Assembly (NCBI GenBank): GCA_026987025.1
Contig: JALSNJ010000040.1
Span: 16,451-80,450 of the forward strand
From: Candidatus Aminicenantes bacterium
Lineage (GTDB): Bacteria; Acidobacteriota; Aminicenantia; S016-38
Direction: 5' to 3'
Length of the DNA stretch: 64,000 nucleotides
The translations under genes and the position numbers were made by a program. Every line of letters starts with the position of its first letter. The stretch's first letter is position 1. Of this stretch, positions 26,735-33,976 are shown piece after piece. A model generated the notes under the pieces. That model saw only the letters and a list, made by a program, of their open reading frames with translations, did not search any database and was not told the origin of the DNA.

Positions 26735-27897
26735 TTTTTCCTCCTTATAAGAATTTTCTTTATGCTACGACGGTCCGCATCAAGGATTTTGAACCTGTAA
26801 TCCTGATACTCAAATTCCTCCCCCTTCCGGGCGATCCTTCCTAAGTAGGACATTACGAAACCTGAGATGGTGGAATAACTCCCCTCGGGGAATTCTATCC
26901 CCAGGCTTTCCTCTAAATCCCACAGGGGACAGTCACCCTCCACCTCCATGGCCTCCTTCATCCTCTCTATTTCCTTCTCCGGTCTTTCGTCAATTTCCGT
27001 TATTTCCCCGAAAATTTCCTCTATGATGTCCTCCATGGTAATGAGGCCTGAAACTACCCCGTATTCGTCCACCACTATGGCTATTTTTATCCTTTTTTCC
27101 TTCATGGTTTCCAGGGCCCTGGATATGGATACCGCCTCCGGTACGAACACAGCTTCTCTCATGACCTCGGATACCTTTCTTTCCCCTTCGCTGTGGCATA
27201 CCCCCACAATGTCCTTGGCATAAACTATTCCCTGAATGTTGTCCAAACTGCCCTTGTAAACCGGAAGGCGGGATCTTTTTTCCTTCCCGATTATCCTGGC
27301 GGCCTGCCGGAGGGTGGTATCGTGCGACACTGCGATGATTTCCCTCTGGGGGGTCATAACTTCCCTGACCAGGGTGTCGGAAAATTCTATAACATTTCTC
27401 AGGATTTCTTTCTCTTCGCTGTCTATTATCCTTTCCTCCATGGCCTCCTCTATGAGGCCTTCCACTTCCCCTTCCTGGGCTTCAGCTTCCTCTTCCTCCT
27501 TTTTTTCCCTTTCCAGTACAGGGGTAAAAAGCCTGGCCAGGGAAACCGCAAGGGAGAGGCCAGCATCTCTGTAGGAGGAGGAAAGCCACCAGGGAAGAGC
27601 CATGTAGAACAGCAAAAAGGTTCCAGCCACAGTAAGGAGTTCCCAGTAAAGGTTTAAATTAAGGGTCCTGGAGATGTAGCCAACGAAAAGTATGAAGAAG
27701 AAGGTTCCTGCCATGGAGTAAAAAGGTCTGAGGCTTTCCACCGTCCTTAAGTGTTTTGTGGGTATTTTCCTGTTCCACAGGAAGGCAAAAAGCTTTATCC
27801 TTGATATGGAAAGGCTCTGTCTCAGCCACAGAAAGAACAGGGAGGGAAGCAGGAAAAGCAGGGAGAATAGTGCCTGACCTATAGGAACTTCTTCCAT
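26731..27897 (-). CDS. HlyC/CorC-family transporter (DUF21/CNNM TM domain + CBS pair + CorC_HlyC)
   Basis: 388 aa with N-terminal TM helices, tandem CBS domains (VREVMTPQREIIAV... / VMREAVFVPE) and a C-terminal transporter-associated domain. Confidence 0.8.
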   Translation of the reverse strand: MEEVPIGQALFSLLFLLPSLFFLWLRQSLSISRIKLFAFLWNRKIPTKHLRTVESLRPFYSMAGTFFFILFVGYISRTLNLNLYWELLTVAGTFLLFYMALPWWLSSSYRDAGLSLAVSLARLFTPVLEREKKEEEEAEAQEGEVEGLIEEAMEERIIDSEEKEILRNVIEFSDTLVREVMTPQREIIAVSHDTTLRQAARIIGKEKRSRLPVYKGSLDNIQGIVYAKDIVGVCHSEGERKVSEVMREAVFVPEAVSISRALETMKEKRIKIAIVVDEYGVVSGLITMEDIIEEIFGEITEIDERPEKEIERMKEAMEVEGDCPLWDLEESLGIEFPEGSYSTISGFVMSYLGRIARKGEEFEYQDYRFKILDADRRSIKKILIRRKK

Positions 27898-28271
27898 AGC
27901 TTTCTTTCCAGTGCCCTCATTTCTCCGCGGTCGGTTTCGTGGTCGTAGCCCAGAAGATGAAGGAAGCCGTGTATGAGCAGGATTTTAAGTTCCTTCTCCA
28001 AGGAGTGGCCCAGCTGCTGGGCCTGCCTCAAGGCCGTTTCAGTTGAAATTATCACATCCCCAAGATAATCTTCCTGTCCCGCCTGAAAACTTAAAACATC
28101 GGTGGGTTCGTTCTTCCCCCTGAAAAGCCTGTTCAGTTCCTTTATTTTTTTGTCGCTAACCAGAACCACGGTGAAATCCCTCTTTTCGGAAAATTCCTCC
28201 TTCAGCTTTTCCTTGAGCTCAAGAAGAGGTTTTCTGTTTATTTTTACCTTCCTCTGTCGGTTTAGCACCAT
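27879..28271 (-). CDS. ybeY: Endoribonuclease YbeY (16S rRNA 3' maturation)
   Basis: HGFLHLLGYDHETD zinc-binding motif. The ORF begins at 28295; the MVLNRQRK start (28271) is equally possible. Either way the 5' end overlaps the upstream 7TMR-HD gene. Confidence 0.8.
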   Translation of the reverse strand: MVLNRQRKVKINRKPLLELKEKLKEEFSEKRDFTVVLVSDKKIKELNRLFRGKNEPTDVLSFQAGQEDYLGDVIISTETALRQAQQLGHSLEKELKILLIHGFLHLLGYDHETDRGEMRALERKLWKKFL

Positions 28272-29682
28272 TTTTCCCTTCCTTCGGGTACTCAACCCTT
28301 TTGTGGTGTATGGCTGTCAAGCTTTTTATGATTTCTTCCTTGACCACCCTCAATTCCCTCATATTAATGGGGGCTTCGTCAAACTGTCCGTCTTCCAGCA
28401 GGGCTTTGAAGATGGAATTTACCGTGGACCTTATGCTTTCCTCGTTGGGTTCCTTCAGGGACTTTACCGCCGCCTCCGAAGAGTCGCATAGCATAACTAT
28501 GGCTGTTTCCTTGCTCTGGGGCTTTGGGCCAGGATATCGGAAGGTGGTCTCGTCGGCGTCGCTTCCCATTTCCTTCGCCTTGGCGTAGAAGTATTTTACC
28601 AGGGTGGTCCCGTGATGCTGGGCTATGAAATCTATTATTTCCTTGGGAAGCCCCATTTCCTTTCCCATTTCCACCCCTTCCTTCACATGGTTTATTATTA
28701 TCATGGCACTGAGAGAGGGGCTTTTGTTTTCGTGAGGGTTGGGAAGATTCACCTGATTCTCTATGAAATACTGGGGCATTTTTAATTTTCCTATGTCGTG
28801 GTAAAGGGCACCGGCTCTGGCCAGAAGGGAGTTGGCTCCGATGGCGTCGGCGGCCCTCTCGGCCAAGGTGGCCACCATCAGGGAATGATGGAAGGTCCCG
28901 GGGGCTTCCAAGGCCATTTTTTTAAAGACATCCTGATTGGTATTGGCCAGCTCAATAAGCCTCAGGGGCGATACTATTCTAAAGAGATACTCTATGATGG
29001 GCACTAAGAAAGAGGCTATAATGCTCAGCTCAAGGACATTGACCGTGGAGGCAGTCAGGTCGTGGAGGAAGGTTCTGGGGGAGAGTTTCTGAAGGTGCGA
29101 GAAGAGCAGAAACAGGAGGGATGCGGGGTATAATATTACGAAGGCGGTTCTATAGATGGTTCCCCTCCTCATTTTCCCGTAATGCAGGACCCCATAAATG
29201 GCCCCGAAACCGAGGAGGAAGGCATAAAGGAAGGCCATAACATTACCGGTTATTCCCAACACTCCCAGTGATATAAGAACGGTTAGAATTATTGATGATA
29301 AAGGCTCAAAGATGTATGAAAGCACCAGAACAGCAAAGGAATATGGAAAAGAAAACAGGATGATCTCCTCTGCCTGGCTCCCCATGAGCCTCAAAAGTGC
29401 CGTTTTGTGAAGGAGGAAAAGAAGAAAAGTAAAGAGAAAGGAGAAGATAACAACATTAATGGTTTTGTCAAAATTCCTCTTTCCGTTGGCCTCCCGCAGA
29501 ATTTTTGTCAGGAAGTAGAGGAAAAGGAAAGAATAAAGGAGAGCCAGGGGGGAGTAATTCACCGAGTACAGGAAATAAACACCCACGAATACTGTAACTG
29601 CCACACCGATTATCTTGAGGAGAAGACCCACTTTAAGGCTTTCTTCCCTGAGCTTCAGCCCCCCTCGCTTAGGTTTTCCCAT
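28219..29682 (-). CDS. 7TM receptor with intracellular HD-type phosphohydrolase (PgpH/YqfF-like 7TMR-HD)
   Basis: 487 aa with 7 predicted TM helices followed by an HD domain (HHSLMVATLAERAA...GALYHDIGK). Confidence 0.8.
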   Translation of the reverse strand: MGKPKRGGLKLREESLKVGLLLKIIGVAVTVFVGVYFLYSVNYSPLALLYSFLFLYFLTKILREANGKRNFDKTINVVIFSFLFTFLLFLLHKTALLRLMGSQAEEIILFSFPYSFAVLVLSYIFEPLSSIILTVLISLGVLGITGNVMAFLYAFLLGFGAIYGVLHYGKMRRGTIYRTAFVILYPASLLFLLFSHLQKLSPRTFLHDLTASTVNVLELSIIASFLVPIIEYLFRIVSPLRLIELANTNQDVFKKMALEAPGTFHHSLMVATLAERAADAIGANSLLARAGALYHDIGKLKMPQYFIENQVNLPNPHENKSPSLSAMIIINHVKEGVEMGKEMGLPKEIIDFIAQHHGTTLVKYFYAKAKEMGSDADETTFRYPGPKPQSKETAIVMLCDSSEAAVKSLKEPNEESIRSTVNSIFKALLEDGQFDEAPINMRELRVVKEEIIKSLTAIHHKRVEYPKEGKNGAKPTEEGKNKQKTSS

Positions 29683-30631
29683 CCTGCTCCTCTTCCCTTT
29701 TCTCGTAAGCCTCTATTATCTTCTGAACTAAGGGATGACGCACCACATCCTCCTTGGAGAACTCAATGACCTTAATGCCCTCAATGCCGTTTAAAAGCTC
29801 AATGGCCTCCACAAGGCCTGACTTTATGTTCTTGGGCAGGTCTATCTGGGTAATGTCTCCTGTTATAATCGCCTTGGAGTCAAATCCTATCCTGGTAAGA
29901 AACATTTTCATCTGCTCTGAGGTGGTGTTCTGGGCTTCGTCCAGGATTATAACCGAATCGTTCAGGGTTCTACCCCTCATGAAGGCCAAAGGGGCTATTT
30001 CTATGGTTCCCCTCTCCAGGAGCCTCAGGGCCTTTTCGGCCTCTAAAAGGTCATAGAGGGCATCGTAAAGTGGCCGTAGGTATGGGTTTACCTTTTCTTC
30101 CATAGTTCCAGGGAGGAAACCCAGTTTTTCCCCTGCCTCTATGGCCGGCCTTGTGAGAATGATCCTTCCGTATTTTCTTTCAAAAAGAAGGTAGATGGCC
30201 ATGGCCATGGCCAGATAGGTTTTTCCAGTTCCTGCCGGCCCAACGGCGAAGACTATGTCGTATTTCTGTATGGCCTCCATGTAAAGCTTCTGATTAAGGC
30301 TTTTGGGACGAACGGGTTTGCGGGTTCCCCTGAACCTTATCTCCCTTCTCCTGTCAAAGAGGGTTTCCAGGTCGGCCTCCGAATCCTTCTCCAGCATGTC
30401 CAAGGCTATTATGAAATCCTCCTCCCTCAGTGCCCTCACCCTATTGAGGTCCGCCATTTTCTCAAAGTATTCCTTGGCGAATTTAACCCTCTCCTTCGGC
30501 CCTGAGATCATGAGGGTATCCCCCCTGGCGGTTATGTCCACCCTGAGCCTTTTTTCTATGATCAGAAGTGTCCTGTTCAGGCTTCCTGACAGGATTCTTA
30601 TGTAATCTTCCGGAAGGTGCAGCTTCTCCAT
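29669..30631 (-). CDS. phoH: PhoH-like ATPase
   Basis: GPAGTGKTYLAMAMA P-loop and typical PhoH length. Confidence 0.9.
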   Translation of the reverse strand: MEKLHLPEDYIRILSGSLNRTLLIIEKRLRVDITARGDTLMISGPKERVKFAKEYFEKMADLNRVRALREEDFIIALDMLEKDSEADLETLFDRRREIRFRGTRKPVRPKSLNQKLYMEAIQKYDIVFAVGPAGTGKTYLAMAMAIYLLFERKYGRIILTRPAIEAGEKLGFLPGTMEEKVNPYLRPLYDALYDLLEAEKALRLLERGTIEIAPLAFMRGRTLNDSVIILDEAQNTTSEQMKMFLTRIGFDSKAIITGDITQIDLPKNIKSGLVEAIELLNGIEGIKVIEFSKEDVVRHPLVQKIIEAYEKREEEQDGKT

Positions 30632-30641
30632 CTAATTCGTC

Positions 30642-30881
30642 TTATCCATTTAGATTGAAAATGGGGCAGGTCACCGTCCTCTCCACCCCTGCCATTTTCT
30701 GAAGGGTGTTGACAACAAAATCCCCCAAGGAGTTAAAATCCTCGGCTTCCACTAAGCTTATTATATCGTAGGGGCCGCTGACTATGTGGCACTGTTTTAC
30801 CCAGTCCATTTCTCTCATCCTTCTGGTAACTTCGGCGGCTCTTCCTGAACTTACATTCATTAGAATGTAGGCCTTAACCAT
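30642..30881 (-). CDS. Stand-alone Lrp/AsnC-type RAM (ligand-binding) domain protein, no HTH
   Basis: 79 aa. MVKAYILMNVSSGRAAEVTRRMREMDWVKQCHIVSGPYDIISLVEAEDFNSLGDFVV matches the AsnC_trans_reg fold consensus. An RBS (AGGAGA) is present. Confidence 0.6.
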   Translation of the reverse strand: MVKAYILMNVSSGRAAEVTRRMREMDWVKQCHIVSGPYDIISLVEAEDFNSLGDFVVNTLQKMAGVERTVTCPIFNLNG

Positions 30882-30999
30882 TTCTCCTGCCTTTGTTGAT
30901 ATATCTTTTTCTATAATGACTTACCAGGTTCTTTCTCCTTTTTCTGCTCAATATCTCCTTAATTTTAACTTTTCCTTTCATCAACTCTATTATAACATT

Positions 31000-31245
31000 T
31001 CAATGGGATTTAAGGAATTCGTCCCGGCATTCCTTAGAGCAAAAATAGTATGTCTGACCTTTGTAATAAAGTTTTACCGCCATATCCTCCTGTATGTAAA
31101 CCCCGCATACAGGGTCCTTGACCAGCCTTTTAACCCCCGGGGAAGGTGAACCTTCCCGACGGGTCTTTTTCGTTTTATAAGACGGCTTTAGAAAGAGCAG
31201 GTAGAATAGATAGAGGACTATTATCAGAAAAATAAGAAAACTCAT
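31000..31245 (-). CDS. Membrane-anchored YHS/TRASH-type metal-binding domain protein
   Basis: 81 aa. An N-terminal TM helix is followed by DPVCGVYI...YYFCSKECRDEF, which is the YHS signature. Confidence 0.65.
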   Translation of the reverse strand: MSFLIFLIIVLYLFYLLFLKPSYKTKKTRREGSPSPGVKRLVKDPVCGVYIQEDMAVKLYYKGQTYYFCSKECRDEFLKSH

Positions 31246-31715
31246 CTTCCCAGAAGTTTCTTTATTTCGTCGTGGTAAAGGAAAAGATTGGGAACAGAAC
31301 TTCCCGGGGAGGTTGCTATGGGGTATCCCCCTATTTCCTTAAGTTCCATTAATCCGTCCACATGGGGGCTTATGGCATCCAGGGTTTTCAGCAGCCCCTT
31401 AACCTTTTCCTTGGCCTTATTACTATCGCTGGCCACCACGAATATTATGCCGTGCCTTTCCACCGGTTCGCCCTTTATGTAGTATCCTACGAAGGAAGAA
31501 AAGAGGAATTCCCCCTCCGGGGGTTTCCCCACCTCTATTCTCCTTCCGTCGGCGTAATTTATCTCTGTGAGGGAGTCAAAGTGGAAATTTTCCCCTTCCA
31601 TTTCCTTCAGGACGGCCAGAAGGGCTTCCCGTGGTGAAGCTGCCACCCTGAAGAGGTATCGGTGTTTTTCGTCAAAATGGGTGTCCATTCCGAGGCTGAT
31701 GAGGTAAAGCTTCAT
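31242..31715 (-). CDS. Hypothetical protein, 157 aa, no recognisable family
   Basis: It is translationally coupled by 4-bp overlaps to the radical SAM gene upstream and the YHS gene downstream. I recognise no motif. Codon usage looks coding. Confidence 0.5.
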   Translation of the reverse strand: MKLYLISLGMDTHFDEKHRYLFRVAASPREALLAVLKEMEGENFHFDSLTEINYADGRRIEVGKPPEGEFLFSSFVGYYIKGEPVERHGIIFVVASDSNKAKEKVKGLLKTLDAISPHVDGLMELKEIGGYPIATSPGSSVPNLFLYHDEIKKLLGR

Positions 31716-32668
31716 TTTCCCCTCCCGAAGACCCTGGCTATGAAAACCCTTCCCCTGTATTCCACCTCCTTGAGTTTTCCCTCCTGCTTTAGCCTCTCCA
31801 CCAGGTCCCAGCCTGCTCCGGTTTTTTTCAGCAGTTCCTCCACAGCCTCCCTTTCCATGGGGTGGACCGCGGCGGTGGCCAATATGTCCCTTTCCGCATC
31901 TCCGGTGAAACCAAAACTTCCTGGTTCAGAACCCGTCAGGAGAACGGGGCGAAGGCCGTGGGCTTTAAAGATAAGGTAAGCCCTGTGGAGGATTTCTTCA
32001 TCGGCTCCCTGGACCCATTTTTCCGCCGGGGGTCTGGTGGGCACCATTATGTAGGAAGTCTCAGGCCTTATCCTCCGGAGAAATTCGGCGATTTTTTCCA
32101 GCTCCTCCCCGGAGTCGTTAAGGCCTTTTATCAGCATGGTTTCGCTTACCAAACGGTTTTTAAACTCCCGGGAGAACCTTTCCAGCCCCTCCAGTATTTT
32201 TTCCAGGGAAAGCCGGCCGTGGGGTCTGTCCACCCGCCTGAAAACCTGAGGAGATAGGGCATCCACCTTAACGCAAACCCAATCTGCCGGAGCCAGATCC
32301 CTTCTCACCTCCTCCATCCAGAGGAGGGAGGAATTGGTGATGACGGCTATTTTTATTCCCAGGCTCCTGAGAAGCCTTATTTCTTCCCCCAGGTTTACAT
32401 CCAAGGTGGGTTCTCCATCGGGGACGAAGCTAAGGTAATCTATATTTATACCCCGGGAGTTTACCTCCCTTACCCTTTCCTTTACCCTTTCGTAAACCTC
32501 CTCAGGCTCATAAAAGGCCCTTCTGTGAACGGACATCTCCACGGTATTTCCTATCTGACAGTAAACGCAGGAATAGGTGCAGATCTTGGGAGGGATATTG
32601 TTTATACCTAAGCTCATCCCCAGACGCCTGGATGGCACAGGGCCGAAGGCTATGGATGTGGTTTCCAT
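31712..32668 (-). CDS. Radical SAM enzyme of unknown specificity (no SPASM/twitch extension)
   Basis: 318 aa. An N-terminal CTYSCVYCQIG (C-x3-C-x2-C) motif is present. Downstream, a Gly-rich motif (SFVPDGEPTL) and ITNSS fit a radical SAM TIM-barrel fold. There is no Cys-rich C-terminus. Confidence 0.75.
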   Translation of the reverse strand: METTSIAFGPVPSRRLGMSLGINNIPPKICTYSCVYCQIGNTVEMSVHRRAFYEPEEVYERVKERVREVNSRGINIDYLSFVPDGEPTLDVNLGEEIRLLRSLGIKIAVITNSSLLWMEEVRRDLAPADWVCVKVDALSPQVFRRVDRPHGRLSLEKILEGLERFSREFKNRLVSETMLIKGLNDSGEELEKIAEFLRRIRPETSYIMVPTRPPAEKWVQGADEEILHRAYLIFKAHGLRPVLLTGSEPGSFGFTGDAERDILATAAVHPMEREAVEELLKKTGAGWDLVERLKQEGKLKEVEYRGRVFIARVFGRGK

Positions 32669-32684
32669 GGGTAGGAATTATAAC

Positions 32685-33434
32685 TCATTTTGTTCTCGGT
32701 CCCACAGGATGAAGTATAAGGGCGGCGGAGGTGGTGCCGTTCAGTCCCAGAAGCTCGTTGATGTAGGTATCGTAAAAGGCCGCTATCTCTACAGTGGAAA
32801 GTCCAAAGGCCTCACACGCCAGGTAAATATTCTGGGAGATGGCCCCGGCCTCCATATAGGCATACCGGTAGCCCCTGTCCAGGTATTTCCATGTGACCCT
32901 CTGAAAAAAGGAGACCAGCACCAATAATAGAGGAGCCCTGGCCATCATGTCCCCCTGGGGAGAAAAACGAAGAACCTGCCTGCGGAAGCTCTCCCTCTTC
33001 AATAGGCCCACGGAGTTTTCCTCAGGAAGGAAAAGATAAAGGCCCTTTTCCAGCCCTTCCACCTGCTCGGCGAAGAAGTATATGAAAATGGGATAGAGGG
33101 CTCCGGCGGAGGGGGCTGTTCTGAGCTTAATTCCCCATTTTTCGTCGCTTACCCCGTCGGCGGCGTTGAGTATCCCGGAGAGGACCTCCAGTTTAATCCC
33201 GGAACGGAAAAACCTCCTCCTTGACCTCCTTTTGTATAACGCCTCTTGCAGGGAGATGGAAGGGAGCTTTGGGGAGGGGAGTTTAATCTTTTTTATAAAT
33301 TTCCATTCCATTTCAGGCCTCTTCTGCCATTTGACCGGTCCTAAGTACCCCCTGGGTGAGTAGGAAGTCAGATAATGGAACCTGGGCCCTGGAAGGTTCA
33401 AGATTAGAATCAGGGCCAGGTTCCAGAACATCAC
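32685..33434 (-). CDS. SagB-type dehydrogenase / nitroreductase-family (FMN) protein
   Basis: RRSRRRF...PSAGALYPIFIYF...GLYLF...WKYLDRGYRYAYMEAGAISQNIYLACEAFGL...AAFYD match the SagB/ThcOx-type nitroreductase domain. The start could instead be the internal MEWKFIKK at 33308. Confidence 0.7.
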   Translation of the reverse strand: MMFWNLALILILNLPGPRFHYLTSYSPRGYLGPVKWQKRPEMEWKFIKKIKLPSPKLPSISLQEALYKRRSRRRFFRSGIKLEVLSGILNAADGVSDEKWGIKLRTAPSAGALYPIFIYFFAEQVEGLEKGLYLFLPEENSVGLLKRESFRRQVLRFSPQGDMMARAPLLLVLVSFFQRVTWKYLDRGYRYAYMEAGAISQNIYLACEAFGLSTVEIAAFYDTYINELLGLNGTTSAALILHPVGPRTK

Positions 33435-33964
33435 TCAACGAAGACCTGGGAGTCTCCGGTGGATAATACCCTGACCCCTGGCACGAGGGCAAACCTGAGG
33501 TAAACCTGGTAGAGGCTGGGCTGGTCCAGGCTCCATCTCCAGTATCTGAAACCGGTGGATACAGAAAGGTCCAAGAAGAACCTATGGCGGGTGAAAAGCC
33601 TGGCCCTCTTGCTGGAAAGGGAAATGTCAAAGAGCTTCTCCTCACCGCTCTGAAAATAACCAATGGAAGTTCCCCCCAGGAAGAGAACCAGAAGCCTGCG
33701 GGAGGCCCTTTCTGTGTAGGGGGAGGTGAAGCTTATCCAGCGAAGACCAAGACCTATCCCGGCGAAGGTCAGTCCAGCTCCGAAGCCGCTTTCGTTAAGG
33801 AAGCTAAATTCTACCTCTGGAAGCCCCTTGTCCGAGAAACTCCCCTGGGTGTGGAAGAAGGAGAGTCCCAGGCCCAGGTCTAAAAAACCCTCAATATCCT
33901 CGCCCAAAGCTGGGGCAAGGATGAACAGGGCCGCCAGCAAAAACGCCGGTATTTTTCCTCTCAT
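33431..33964 (-). CDS. Small secreted protein with a signal peptide, likely an outer-membrane beta-barrel
   Basis: 177 aa. A signal peptide (MRGKIPAFLLAALFILAPALG) is followed by an alternating hydrophobic, Gly/aromatic-rich pattern typical of small OM barrels. Confidence 0.45.
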   Translation of the reverse strand: MRGKIPAFLLAALFILAPALGEDIEGFLDLGLGLSFFHTQGSFSDKGLPEVEFSFLNESGFGAGLTFAGIGLGLRWISFTSPYTERASRRLLVLFLGGTSIGYFQSGEEKLFDISLSSKRARLFTRHRFFLDLSVSTGFRYWRWSLDQPSLYQVYLRFALVPGVRVLSTGDSQVFVE

Positions 33965-33976
33965 AAACCAATGATA

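Noticed and set aside
30882-30999. 24-codon highly basic ORF (TTG start, ...SRKRRKNLVSHYRKRYINKGRRNG) on the minus strand, between the YHS gene and the RAM-domain gene; a possible precursor peptide
   Set aside because: It has a non-ATG start, a weak RBS and no Cys/Ser/Thr-rich core. Its composition is equally consistent with an AT-rich intergenic region. It is kept only as a low-priority candidate.
30916-31149. 77-aa plus-strand ORF overlapping the YHS gene
   Set aside because: It is antisense to a motif-supported gene, has hydrophobic low-complexity composition, and lacks an RBS.
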